A stretch of DNA of 64,000 nt, from the NCBI GenBank assembly GCA_028819345.1, contig JAPPLW010000004.1, positions 3,530-67,529 of the forward strand, given 5' to 3'. The notes below the pieces were generated by a model. The model made no database searches. It had not been told where the DNA came from and was given only the letters and a program-made list of their open reading frames with translations. Of the stretch, positions 44,982 to 53,902 are shown one piece after another. This DNA is from a bacterium (GTDB lineage: Bacteria > Actinomycetota > Acidimicrobiia > Spongiisociales > ZC4RG35). Position 1 is the first letter of the stretch. Every line of letters begins with the position of its first letter. A program made the translations under genes and the position numbers.

Positions 44982-46259
44982 TCAGGGGCCGGCGCCTGCT
45001 ACTCGAATGGTGGCGGCTACCTGCCTCACCACCTCCAGCCCCTCCAGGTCCTTGACGGCCGCCCGATGATCGGTCTCCCGTGCATGGTGGGTGACCAGGA
45101 GCAGCGTCGCGTAGTCTCCCCGTCCGTCCTGCCACACCGACATGATCGACACCTGGTGGATCCCGAAAACGGCCGCGATCCGGGCCAGGACTCCCGGGCG
45201 GTCCCGCACCTCCAGGCGCAGGTACCACTGGGTCTCCACCTCTGAGAAGTCCCGTATGTCCCCGTTGCCGAATCGAACCCGAGGGGCCACCTTCGTTCCC
45301 GCCAGGAATTCACGGGAGGCGAGGATCACATCTCCCAGCACCGCGGTTGCGGTTGGCTCCCCTCCCGCTCCCGGACCCAAGAACAGAAGCTCGCCGATGG
45401 AGGGCCCCTCCAGGAAGACGCCGTTGTTGGCGCCACGGATCAGCGCCAAGGGGTGGTCCAACGGCACCAGGGCGGGGTGAACCCGTACCGTCGGCCCTTG
45501 GGGTGAACTCTCCGCCACGGCCAGTAACTTGATGGTGTATCCAAGCTGGCGGGCAAACCCGAGATCCTGCGAGGTGAGGTCGGCGATTCCCTCGGTGTGG
45601 ACGCGGTCGATACTCACCCATCGGCCGAAAGCCAGGCCTGCCAGGATGGCGGCCTTGGCTGCCGCATCGCTCCCGCTCACGTCGGCGGTTGGATCCGCCT
45701 CGGCGTATCCACGTCGCTGCGCATCGGCGAGGGCCTCGCCATAGGGTATGCCCTCGGAGTCCATGGCGGTAAGGATGAAATTGGTGGTCCCGTTGACGAT
45801 TCCCATCACCCGCTCGATCCGCTCCCCGGCCAATGACTCCGAGAGTGGGCGGATCAGGGGTATTCCTCCGCCAACAGCCGCCTCGAAGAGTAGGGACACC
45901 CCTTTCGCCGCCGCCCGAGCGAACAACTCGGGTCCGTGGAGCGAAAGGAGCTCCTTGTTGGCGGTGATCACCGGTTTGCCCAGGTCCAGGGCGGAGAGAA
46001 CCATCTCCCGGGCGGGATCGACCCCTCCCATCAACTCCACGACCAGGTCGACTTCAGGGTGAGAGACCACCAGGTCGGCGCGGTCGACGATGTACCGAGA
46101 GGGAAAGAGGCGGGGTTTGTCCAACTCCCGCACCGCAACCGCCCGCAGTCGCAGATGGATGCCCGACTTGGCGAGTATGGCTTCCCGGTCTTCGAGCAGC
46201 CGCCGGGCCAACTCTCCGCCGACCGTGCCTCCTCCCAGGATGCCTACGCCTATTTCCAT
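44982..46259 (-). CDS. hom: homoserine dehydrogenase (with C-terminal ACT domain)
   Basis: IGVGILGGGTVGG, VITANKELL, FEAAVGGGIPLIRPL, GIVNGTTNFILT, ADPTADVSG.DAA.K and an ACT-like tail WYLRLEVRDRPGVLARIAAVFG. Confidence 0.9.
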   Translation of the reverse strand: MEIGVGILGGGTVGGELARRLLEDREAILAKSGIHLRLRAVAVRELDKPRLFPSRYIVDRADLVVSHPEVDLVVELMGGVDPAREMVLSALDLGKPVITANKELLSLHGPELFARAAAKGVSLLFEAAVGGGIPLIRPLSESLAGERIERVMGIVNGTTNFILTAMDSEGIPYGEALADAQRRGYAEADPTADVSGSDAAAKAAILAGLAFGRWVSIDRVHTEGIADLTSQDLGFARQLGYTIKLLAVAESSPQGPTVRVHPALVPLDHPLALIRGANNGVFLEGPSIGELLFLGPGAGGEPTATAVLGDVILASREFLAGTKVAPRVRFGNGDIRDFSEVETQWYLRLEVRDRPGVLARIAAVFGIHQVSIMSVWQDGRGDYATLLLVTHHARETDHRAAVKDLEGLEVVRQVAATIRVAGAGP

Positions 46260-46320
46260 AGCGGGAATGCTAGAGGCAATCAGGTACCCTTCGGCAAACG
46301 TAAGCGCCCCCTAAGACCAA

Positions 46321-47601
46321 GTGGTCATGGCCGGACCTCTGCCTTTTCATCTTCTTCCCATCACCTCCGAGGTGGTTGGCGGACGCCTGAAGGTAGGTGG
46401 CTGCGACCTGGTCGGCTTGGCGGAACGGTACGGGACTCCCTTGTTTGTCTATGACGAAGCGCACCTGCGCCGCCGGTGCCGGGAGGCGTCGGAGGCCTTC
46501 GGTGGGGGAGTCTCCTATGCGGCCAAGGCTTTCTTGTGCCTGGCCATGGCCAGGCTGGTGGAATCGGAGGGCCTGGGCATGGATGTGGCCACCGGAGGGG
46601 AGTTGGCGATGGCCCTGCAGGCGGGCTTCCCACCCTCCAGGCTGGTCTTCCACGGCAACAACAAGTCTGTGGAGGAACTGACCATGGCGATCGAGTCGGG
46701 CGTGGGCAGGGTGGTGGTGGACTCCTTCGACGAGATGGATCGAATCGACCGACTTCATTCCCGGATGGGATGTGCGCCAGTAGACGTCCTGATCCGGATC
46801 ACGCCCGGGGTGGACGCTCACACTCATGAGTTCGTGGCAACCGGTCACGACGACACCAAGTTCGGCTTCACCGTGTCGTCGGGCGCGGCCGACCGGGCCG
46901 TGCGCAGGGCCAAGGAGTCTCCCTCCATGAACGCCCGGGGCGTGCACGCCCACATCGGCAGCCAGGTCTTCCGGCTCGAGTCGTTCCGGGAGGCCGCCCG
47001 GATCGTGTCGAGTATGGCTGCTCCCTTCGGCTTGGAGGAGTTGTCCCTAGGAGGCGGGTTGGGGGTCCCCTATGTGGAGGGAGAGTCGGCGCCGACCATC
47101 GGCGAGTGGGCCGAGGCTCTGGTGGGGGCCTGCCGGGCCGAGGGAGTCACGGGAACGATCATGGCCGAGCCGGGGAGGGCGATCGCGGCTGCGGCGGCGA
47201 TCACTCTCTACCGGGTGGGGACCATCAAGGAGATTCCGGGCGTGCGCACCTACCTGGCGGTGGACGGAGGCATGAGCGACAACCCCCGGCCGGTGCTGTA
47301 CGGGAGCGGCTATGAGGTGTTCCTGCCCCGGGCGGTGTGCGCCCCGAGGGAGCGGGAGGTGACGGTGGTGGGGAAGCACTGTGAGAGCGGTGATCGACTG
47401 GTTACTTCGGGCTGGCTTCCCGGAGAGGTCGAGGTGGGCGATGTTGTCGCCACCCCGGTCACCGGCGCTTACGGTCACTCGATGGGCTCGGGCTATCAGA
47501 AGGTCCCCCGGCCCCCGGTGGTCTTCGTCTCCGATGGGGAGTCCCGTCTCGTGGTGCGCCGGGAGGAGTACGACGACTTGTTCCGCCTGGAGGTGGGGTG
47601 A
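46321..47601 (+). CDS. lysA: diaminopimelate decarboxylase
   Basis: YGTPLFVYDE, YAAKAF (PLP Lys), HAHIGSQ, LSLGGGLG, EPGRAI, CESGD and GAYG are present. Confidence 0.9.
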   Translation: MVMAGPLPFHLLPITSEVVGGRLKVGGCDLVGLAERYGTPLFVYDEAHLRRRCREASEAFGGGVSYAAKAFLCLAMARLVESEGLGMDVATGGELAMALQAGFPPSRLVFHGNNKSVEELTMAIESGVGRVVVDSFDEMDRIDRLHSRMGCAPVDVLIRITPGVDAHTHEFVATGHDDTKFGFTVSSGAADRAVRRAKESPSMNARGVHAHIGSQVFRLESFREAARIVSSMAAPFGLEELSLGGGLGVPYVEGESAPTIGEWAEALVGACRAEGVTGTIMAEPGRAIAAAAAITLYRVGTIKEIPGVRTYLAVDGGMSDNPRPVLYGSGYEVFLPRAVCAPREREVTVVGKHCESGDRLVTSGWLPGEVEVGDVVATPVTGAYGHSMGSGYQKVPRPPVVFVSDGESRLVVRREEYDDLFRLEVG

Positions 47602-47630
47602 CGGGGTCAAGCGCCCCGGGATAAGGAGAG

Positions 47631-48452
47631 CTAGCTGACCGCCCTTTGGGCAGGGGAGGGGTCGTGGCCCTCGGCAGCCATCCTGGTGGCCTCCACGCTG
47701 GCTTTGAGTGCGGCCAGCAGGTCGACGACCTCCCCAGGCTCGGTGGCGGCGTCCACCGAGACGACTTCCTTTCCCTCCACTTTGAGACGGGCCGCCTCCT
47801 CGATGTTCTCCCTGGTCTTGTCCTTGTAGTCATCACCCACGAAGGGGCCGCTCATCGTCTCTATGAGAAGCTTGGCCATCTCCACCTCCTCGGGGCGGAT
47901 CTCTGCGTCCTCGTGTTCTTCGGGGGCGGGTATATCGCGGATTTCATCAGGCCAGAACATGGTCTCCAGCAGGAGACTCTCCTCGTGGAAGCGAAGAGTC
48001 GAGAGATGCTCCTTGCCTCGCATGGAGAAGCGGGCGACTCCCACCCTTCCCGCCGCGCGGAGCGCCTCCAGGAGGATCCGGTAAGCGCGCAGGCCGGTCT
48101 TCTCGGGCTTCAGGTAGTAGGAGGACTTGTAGTAGACGGGATCGATCTCCGTGCCTTCCACGAACCGGATCACCTCGATCAGGGGGAGGCCCTTTTTGCC
48201 CATCCCGGCCGCGGACAGCTCCGAGTCGGTGAACACCACATAGGCGCCGCGGTCCACCTCATAGCCGCGCACGATCTCGCTCCAGGCGACTTCCCGGCCG
48301 TCGGCTTCGGCCACCCTTTTGTAGCGGATAGGGCTCCGGTCGCTCTGGCGCAACTGCTTGAACTTGGGCCGCCGGTCCTCGGTGGCCGAGTAGAGGACCA
48401 CCGGGATGCTCACCAAGCCAAAGGAGATGGCGCCTTTCCAAACGGGACGCAT
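47631..48452 (-). CDS. ku: non-homologous end-joining protein Ku
   Basis: MRPVWKGAISFGLVSIPVVLYSAT, IRYKRV, KGYEV-like RGYEVDRGAYV and YYLKPEK are present. Confidence 0.9.
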   Translation of the reverse strand: MRPVWKGAISFGLVSIPVVLYSATEDRRPKFKQLRQSDRSPIRYKRVAEADGREVAWSEIVRGYEVDRGAYVVFTDSELSAAGMGKKGLPLIEVIRFVEGTEIDPVYYKSSYYLKPEKTGLRAYRILLEALRAAGRVGVARFSMRGKEHLSTLRFHEESLLLETMFWPDEIRDIPAPEEHEDAEIRPEEVEMAKLLIETMSGPFVGDDYKDKTRENIEEAARLKVEGKEVVSVDAATEPGEVVDLLAALKASVEATRMAAEGHDPSPAQRAVS

Positions 48453-48473
48453 CAGACTCCTGATTGTACAGGT

Positions 48474-48962
48474 CTAACCGGTGGCTAGCTCCTCGGACAC
48501 CAGCCGGGAGATCAGACCTCCGTCCACTTCCTGCCGATGGGCCTTCATTATGTGCCCCATCACCCTTCCCTGGGCACGGGGTTGGCCCTTCACTCCCAAC
48601 AGCGCCACCGTCTCCGCCACCAGCCTGCGACTCTGCTCCTCATCCAGGTGGGCGGGCAGCCACCGGGACAGGTATTCGGCTTCGAACGAGAGCTTCTCGG
48701 ACATGTCCTTACCGCGTTCTCCCAGTTCGGCGTACTCGGAGGCGGCCTTTCGCATCTTCTTCACGTACCCCCCGATCACCTGCTGGTAGAACTCGTCGTC
48801 CTCGCCGGTTCCCGAGAAACCGGGGGCGGTCCTCCGGGTCTGCACCTCTGCCTGGACCGAGCGGATTGCGTCCCGCCGGCCGCGGTCCCCCGACTTCATG
48901 GCCTTGACCAACTCGCTGCGCAGTTCGTTCTTGATGCTCATGCGATGTCGGTTCTCGGCCAC
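48474..48962 (-). CDS. GatB/YqeY domain-containing protein
   Basis: LRSELVKAMKSGD, FEAEYLSRWLP and GRVMGHIMKAHRQEVDGGLISRLV follow the YqeY pattern. Confidence 0.8.
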   Translation of the reverse strand: MAENRHRMSIKNELRSELVKAMKSGDRGRRDAIRSVQAEVQTRRTAPGFSGTGEDDEFYQQVIGGYVKKMRKAASEYAELGERGKDMSEKLSFEAEYLSRWLPAHLDEEQSRRLVAETVALLGVKGQPRAQGRVMGHIMKAHRQEVDGGLISRLVSEELATG

Positions 48963-48993
48963 CGCCTCGGTCTGTCCAGCCTGATCACGGTTC

Positions 48994-49734
48994 TCAGAGG
49001 TGCATCAGCCCGGCGCCGAAGGCCGCCAGTAGGTTCTCTCTGGTCAGAACCTCGAAGGGGGGTCCTGAGATAACCTGTTTCTTCCCCAAGAGGAGCACGT
49101 GGTCGGCGGTTCTTGCCTCTCCGAGGTCGTGGGTGGACACCAGGACCGCGCAACCGTGAGCCTTCTCCTCGTGAATCGTCCTGTCCACCGCTTCCGCCGA
49201 AACAACATCCAGGCCGGTGAGGGGCTCATCCAAGAGCATGATGCGGTGGTCTTGCGCGATTCCCTGCGCCATGAAGACCCGCTGGCGCTGGCCCCCGGAG
49301 AGTTCGGTGAGGTGACGGCTGGACAGGTCGGTGATGCTCATCCTCTCCATGGCCTCTTGCACCCGCGCCTTGTCATCGGTCTTCAATGGCTTGACCATGC
49401 CCCGGTTGGCGTACCGTCCCATTGCCACGACCTGGGCGACCGTCAGGGGCAGAGACTGGTTGATTTCCTTGGACTGGACCACGTAAGCAACCTGCCTTCG
49501 AGCCTTTTGCGGGGAGGCGCCCATAACGCGGATGTGGCCGCCGGTGGGATCCACCAAGCCGACCATGGAGTGAAGCAGGGTCGACTTACCGGCGCCGTTC
49601 GGGCCGATCAGGGCGGTGATCGCCCCCATCGGGGCCGTGAAGGACGAGGGCTCCAGCACCACGTTCGCACCGTAACGCAACTCCAGGCCCACAGCGTCGA
49701 CGGCGTTTTCGAAGCTCTCTACCGGTGTCGTCAC
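48994..49734 (-). CDS. znuC: metal (Zn/Mn) ABC transporter ATP-binding protein
   Basis: ORF 48994..49917; GTG 49734 overlaps the Fur-family gene stop (GTGA). Walker A GPNGAGKSTLLHS, signature LSGGQRQRVFMAQ, Walker B IMLLDEPLTGLD. Confidence 0.8.
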   Translation of the reverse strand: MTTPVESFENAVDAVGLELRYGANVVLEPSSFTAPMGAITALIGPNGAGKSTLLHSMVGLVDPTGGHIRVMGASPQKARRQVAYVVQSKEINQSLPLTVAQVVAMGRYANRGMVKPLKTDDKARVQEAMERMSITDLSSRHLTELSGGQRQRVFMAQGIAQDHRIMLLDEPLTGLDVVSAEAVDRTIHEEKAHGCAVLVSTHDLGEARTADHVLLLGKKQVISGPPFEVLTRENLLAAFGAGLMHL

Positions 49735-50168
49735 GAAGCGCAATCGGGGCACAGACCCTCGATCTCCAGCGAGTGGCCGGTTACCCGGTATCCGCTGGCG
49801 GCCGCTGCGCTCTCGGCCAACCGGGCGAGGCGGCGTTCGGAGTCGGGAGACAGGGAGACATCGGAGATTGCCATGCACGGCACGCACACCAGGTGATGAT
49901 GATGCCCCGACAGCCACTCGGCCAGTTCGAACCGGTTGGACCGGTCGGCGCCGTGATGGAGGGTGAGCACCTGGGTGTCGGTCAAGACCCGCACGTCCCT
50001 ATATATGGAGGAGTAGGGGATCCTCGGCTCCGTCACCCGATAAAGCTCCTCGACGGTGAGAGGACCCGGGGTGTTGTCCAGCGCCTCGATGAGCGCCCTG
50101 CGGTTGGTGGTGTAGCGCACCCCCTGTGAGCGGAGGCTCTTTTCCACCTTGGCGTGAAGTCCAACCAT
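49731..50168 (-). CDS. zur: Fur-family metalloregulator, probably Zur
   Basis: ORF 49731..50210; ATG 50168 gives MVGLHAKVEKSLRSQGVRYTTNRRALIEAL. HHHHLVCVPC and GLCPDC metal sites. Co-operonic with znuC and preceded by a Zur-type box. Confidence 0.8.
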   Translation of the reverse strand: MVGLHAKVEKSLRSQGVRYTTNRRALIEALDNTPGPLTVEELYRVTEPRIPYSSIYRDVRVLTDTQVLTLHHGADRSNRFELAEWLSGHHHHLVCVPCMAISDVSLSPDSERRLARLAESAAAASGYRVTGHSLEIEGLCPDCAS

Positions 50169-50179
50169 CGCGATTAATA

Positions 50180-50194
50180 TGATAATGATTATCA
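50180..50194. promoter_or_regulatory. Zur/Fur box, perfect 7-1-7 palindrome TGATAATGATTATCA
   Basis: Seen directly in the only strongly AT-rich stretch of this region. It lies 12 nt upstream of the zur ATG (minus strand) and 40 nt upstream of the znuB GTG (plus strand). Same architecture as actinobacterial Zur boxes (TGAAAATGATTTTCA-like). Confidence 0.65.
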
Positions 50195-50234
50195 AATTGT
50201 TAAAGGACACTTTAAGGCTCGACGAAGTAGCGGC

Positions 50235-51077
50235 GTGGACTGGTTGCTAGAGCCCTTTGAATTCGCCTTCCAGCAGCGGGCCCTCCTGGCCGGAGTGCTG
50301 GCCGGGTTGCTCACCTCGGTGGTGGGCACCTGGGTGGTGATCCGGGGGATGTCATTTATGGGAGACGCGGTGGCGCACGGGATCATTCCGGGCGTGGCCA
50401 TCGCCCTGGTCCTGGGAGTCAATCCTCTGTGGGGAGCCCTGGCCGCCGGGATTGTGATGGTCTGGGGGATCAACCAGGTTCACCAGCACACCAAGCTGAG
50501 CGCCGACATCGGGATCGGACTCCTGTTCGTGGGCATGCTGTCCCTGGGGGTGGTGATCATCTCGCTGACCGCTTCCTTCTCGGTCTCGATCACCGCGGTT
50601 CTGTTCGGCGACCTTCTGGGAGTGACCACCGGCGGCATCCTGCTGCAGACCGTGAGCCTGGTGGTCGCCGCGGCGATCTCGGTGGTGATGTACCGGTCGT
50701 TCCTTGCTCTTGCCTTCAATGAAGCCAAGGCCGAGATGATGGACCTCCGGCCCCGTATGGCCCACCTGATGTTGCTGGCCCTTATCACCGGGACCATGGT
50801 GGTGCTGTTCCAGGGGGTGGGCGCCATCCTGGTGTTCGGCTTGCTGATCGGGCCTCCGGCCACCGCCATAATCCTGGTCCGCCGGGTGGTGCTGGTGATG
50901 GCGGTCTCCGCCGTGATAGCGGTCTTCTCGGTGGTGAGCGGCCTGGTGATCAGCTATCAGTTCTCGACGGCCGCCTCGGCCAGCATCGTGGTCATCTCGG
51001 TGGCCCTGTTCTTCGTCGCCCTCACGGGATCGCGGATACGCGATCACTTCCGTCGGAAGACTCCTGCCCTGGCCTGA
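50235..51077 (+). CDS. znuB: metal (Zn/Mn) ABC transporter permease
   Basis: FQQRALLAGVLAGLL, MSFMGDAVAHGIIPGVA and 8 hydrophobic segments are typical of ZnuB/MntB (ABC-3 family). Confidence 0.85.
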   Translation: MDWLLEPFEFAFQQRALLAGVLAGLLTSVVGTWVVIRGMSFMGDAVAHGIIPGVAIALVLGVNPLWGALAAGIVMVWGINQVHQHTKLSADIGIGLLFVGMLSLGVVIISLTASFSVSITAVLFGDLLGVTTGGILLQTVSLVVAAAISVVMYRSFLALAFNEAKAEMMDLRPRMAHLMLLALITGTMVVLFQGVGAILVFGLLIGPPATAIILVRRVVLVMAVSAVIAVFSVVSGLVISYQFSTAASASIVVISVALFFVALTGSRIRDHFRRKTPALA

Positions 51078-51086
51078 ACTCGCCCG

Positions 51087-52073
51087 CTACTCGGGCGACG
51101 GGCGACGGGCTTTCGCCAACACCTCGTCGATCGAGCTTCGGTCCACATCGCCCAGATTCTGGACATAGTCGTAGCCGAACCGGCCCTTGATGCACAGATG
51201 GCCGTTGGTCACGTCGTGGTCCTGGGGGGAGGTCACCTTCACGATCCGGTTGTCCTGGGTGTGCAGCTCCAGGTTGCAGCCCACCCCGCAGTAGGAGCAG
51301 ACCGTCCGGGTGACCGACTGGGCGTCCGGGTTCCACATCTCCGCCCGCCGCAGTTCCCACTCGGAGCGGAACATGAGAGCGCCTGTGGGACAGACCCCGA
51401 TGCAGTTGCCACAGAACACGCAGGCCCCGTCGCCCAGGGGAAGATCCATCTCGGTTGAGATCCGGGCGTCGAACCCCCGGCCGGCCACCGCAATGGCGTA
51501 GGTCCCCTGCGCGTCGATCCCGCACGCCTCCACGCATTTGTAACAGAGGATGCAGCGGGAGTAGTCGCGGACATAGAGGGTGTTGTCCACCTTGGTCGGC
51601 TGATGAACGCCTTCGGCGGTCCGGCCGTTTACCTCGCCGTGATGTCCCGGATGGCGCCGGTCCCTCTCGCCGGCAGCGCTGGGCTCCGACTGCGGGCCGT
51701 AGCGGTCCGGCTCGGCTTCGTATTGGCGCATCCACTCTCCGACCTCGTCTTCGGCCGCCGAGAGGTCGACCGAGGAGCCCAGGAATTCCAGGATCATCTT
51801 CCGGCTGTGGCGGACCCTGTCGGAGTCCGTCTTCACCACCATGCCCTCTTCGGCGATCCGTGAACATGCGGGGACCAGGGTGCGGTTGCGTTCCACCTCC
51901 ACCACGCAGATCCGGCACACGTTCACCGGCGTGAGGGTCTCCAGGTAACAGAGGGTCGGCACTTCGGTGCCCATCTGGCGGCATGCCTCCAGGAGAGTGG
52001 CGCCCGGCCGGACTTCCACCGGAGCGCCATCGATGGTCAGGCGCACGGACTGTTGAGTCTCGGGTCGGGTCAT
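51087..52073 (-). CDS. formate dehydrogenase Fe-S protein: NuoG-N-terminal-like clusters plus the Mo/W-bisPGD-type FS0 [4Fe-4S] motif (N-terminal fragment of an FdsA/FdhA-type alpha subunit)
   Basis: ORF 51087..52262; ATG 52073 overlaps the upstream stop (ATGA). 2Fe-2S LCYLETLTPVNVCRICVVEV..PAC, ferredoxin motifs CILCYKCVEAC and CVFCGNCIGVCPTGAL, then CSYCGVGCNLELH...GHLCIKGRFGYDYVQN. It stops after 22 more residues. Confidence 0.8.
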   Translation of the reverse strand: MTRPETQQSVRLTIDGAPVEVRPGATLLEACRQMGTEVPTLCYLETLTPVNVCRICVVEVERNRTLVPACSRIAEEGMVVKTDSDRVRHSRKMILEFLGSSVDLSAAEDEVGEWMRQYEAEPDRYGPQSEPSAAGERDRRHPGHHGEVNGRTAEGVHQPTKVDNTLYVRDYSRCILCYKCVEACGIDAQGTYAIAVAGRGFDARISTEMDLPLGDGACVFCGNCIGVCPTGALMFRSEWELRRAEMWNPDAQSVTRTVCSYCGVGCNLELHTQDNRIVKVTSPQDHDVTNGHLCIKGRFGYDYVQNLGDVDRSSIDEVLAKARRPSPE

Positions 52074-53881
52074 TCCATGAGTCCAAGTTCGAGGGCCGAG
52101 CGCAGCGCGATGGCGGCGGTGTGCCCCAGGCCGCAGATGGATGCGTCCCTCATGGCCAGGTCGATTTCTTCGATCAGTTCCAGGTCTCCGGGCTGGGGGT
52201 CGCGCCGTATTCTCGCCAGCGCCTCTTCGACCCGTACAGTACCAACCCGGCACGGAACGCACTGTCCGCAGGTCTCGTCACGGAAGAAGGCGGCGATCCT
52301 TGCCAGGATGTCTCCGAAGTCGGTGTGCTGATCGAAGGCCATTATCACCCCCGAGCCCAGGGAGACCCCGGCTTCGGAGGCCGCCTCGAAGGTGAGGGGC
52401 ATCTCCAGTAGGTCGGGAAGCACGAAGGAGCCGGCGGCTCCTCCCAGGAGTACGGCCCGCAGCCGGCGGCCCTCGGGTAATCCGCCGGCCAAGGCGATCA
52501 AATCGCCCAGAGTGGCGCCGAACTCCACCTCGTAGGTGCCCGGCCGGCGCACGGATCCCGACAGGCAGAAGAGCTTGGGCCCGGTCGACTGGGGAGTGCC
52601 CAACGAAGCGAAGTTGCTCCCCCCGTCACTGACGATATCGAGGACGTTGCAGAGCGTCTCCACGTTGTTGATGACGGTCGGTTTCCCGAACAGTCCCGAG
52701 ACCGTCGGGAATGGCGGTTTGTTGCGGGGTTCTCCCCGCAGGCCTTCGATGGAGTTCATCAGGGCGGTCTCCTCGCCGCAGATGTACGCGCCCTGCCCGC
52801 GTCGGAGATCGATGTCGAAGGAGACTCCGTTTCTCATCGACTCCCCCAGGAGACCTGCCCGCCGCGCCTGGTGGATGGCTGACCGGAGGCGCCGGGTGGC
52901 CAGGGGGTACTCCCCCCTGATGTAGAGATAGCCCTGGCGTGCGCCGACCGCATAACCGGAGATGGTCATCGCCTCGATCACCGAGAAGGGATCGTCCTCC
53001 ATCAGCACCCGGTCCTTGAAGGTGCCGGGCTCCGACTCGTCGGCGTTGCAGATCAGGTAGCGGACCGCGTCGGGGGAGTTGGCCACCGCCTCCCATTTGA
53101 TCCAGGCGGGGAAGGCCGCCCCGCCCCGTCCGCGGAGACCGGACGCTTTGACCTCGGCCACAACCGCCGCAGGTCCCATCTCCACCGCCTCCTCCAAGGC
53201 CCTGTAGCCGCCCGCCTCCAGGTAGGAGTCGAGGGACCCGGGGTCCACCGTCCCCACCCTCCGCAGGAGCCGGAGATGCGGCTCTCCGGCCTGGGGCACA
53301 GCAAGGCTCTCTGGTTGACCGTTGGTCGAGACGATGCTCCCGTCCGGTTCCATGGGCCGCGCCTGGGGATCGATGGAGACCAGCACATGGTCTTCTTCTC
53401 CGGCCCGCTGGACGTAGGCCGCAGGGGCGCGGTCGCACTGGCCCAGGCAGGGCGAAGGCAGCCAACGGGTGTTGGGTATCCGGCCGTTGGCTTCCAGACC
53501 TTCCATCAACTCCAGGGCCCCGGCCCTGCGACAGACGATGTCGTCACAGACGTGGACAACAACCGGTGGGGAAGGGTCGACCGAGATCAGGGAATAGAAG
53601 GTGGCGACTCCCCAAGCTTCGGCTGGCGGGACCGACAGTTCCCGGCAGATGTGCATCAGCGCTCCCTCCGAGACCCAACCTATCTCGGATTGGACGGTCT
53701 CCAGGGCCGGCAGCAGGAGGTGGCGTCGATCGGCGACGCTCTGCATCCCCGTGGCGAAGATCCTGAGATTGGAGGCGGTCCGGACCCGCTGGTGGCTCTC
53801 CACCCCGGCCGGGCCGAGGACCGACTCCACCGCCTCCCGCTCGGCTGCGGTGGGTTGAGCATCTGTGAAGCGCAGGTCCAT
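52070..53881 (-). CDS. NAD-reducing formate dehydrogenase diaphorase subunit, NuoE-like + NuoF-like fusion (FdsG/FdsB-type)
   Basis: NuoE part: HVCDDIVCRRAG...PCLGQCDRAPA. NuoF part: GLRGRGGAAFPAWIKW, YLICNADESEPGTFKDR, and 4Fe-4S ETCGQCVPCRVG...ICGLGHTA. Confidence 0.85.
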   Translation of the reverse strand: MDLRFTDAQPTAAEREAVESVLGPAGVESHQRVRTASNLRIFATGMQSVADRRHLLLPALETVQSEIGWVSEGALMHICRELSVPPAEAWGVATFYSLISVDPSPPVVVHVCDDIVCRRAGALELMEGLEANGRIPNTRWLPSPCLGQCDRAPAAYVQRAGEEDHVLVSIDPQARPMEPDGSIVSTNGQPESLAVPQAGEPHLRLLRRVGTVDPGSLDSYLEAGGYRALEEAVEMGPAAVVAEVKASGLRGRGGAAFPAWIKWEAVANSPDAVRYLICNADESEPGTFKDRVLMEDDPFSVIEAMTISGYAVGARQGYLYIRGEYPLATRRLRSAIHQARRAGLLGESMRNGVSFDIDLRRGQGAYICGEETALMNSIEGLRGEPRNKPPFPTVSGLFGKPTVINNVETLCNVLDIVSDGGSNFASLGTPQSTGPKLFCLSGSVRRPGTYEVEFGATLGDLIALAGGLPEGRRLRAVLLGGAAGSFVLPDLLEMPLTFEAASEAGVSLGSGVIMAFDQHTDFGDILARIAAFFRDETCGQCVPCRVGTVRVEEALARIRRDPQPGDLELIEEIDLAMRDASICGLGHTAAIALRSALELGLME

Positions 53882-53902
53882 AAGGAGATCGGTGGGCGGA
53901 GG

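Noticed and set aside
47631-48452. Ku as a marker of a prophage or defence island
   Set aside because: The neighbours are housekeeping genes (lysA, yqeY-like, znu). There are no phage, integrase, nuclease or ligase genes adjacent.
52070-53881. Calling the NuoE/F-like fusion and the NuoG-like protein the missing N-module of complex I
   Set aside because: They are co-oriented and coupled with a Sec/Mo-bisPGD catalytic subunit and fhs, and they lie on the opposite strand from nuoH-N. The NuoG-like protein ends with a formate-dehydrogenase-type FS0 motif rather than the NuoG Mo-less domain. FdsGB/FdsA-type FDH fits better.
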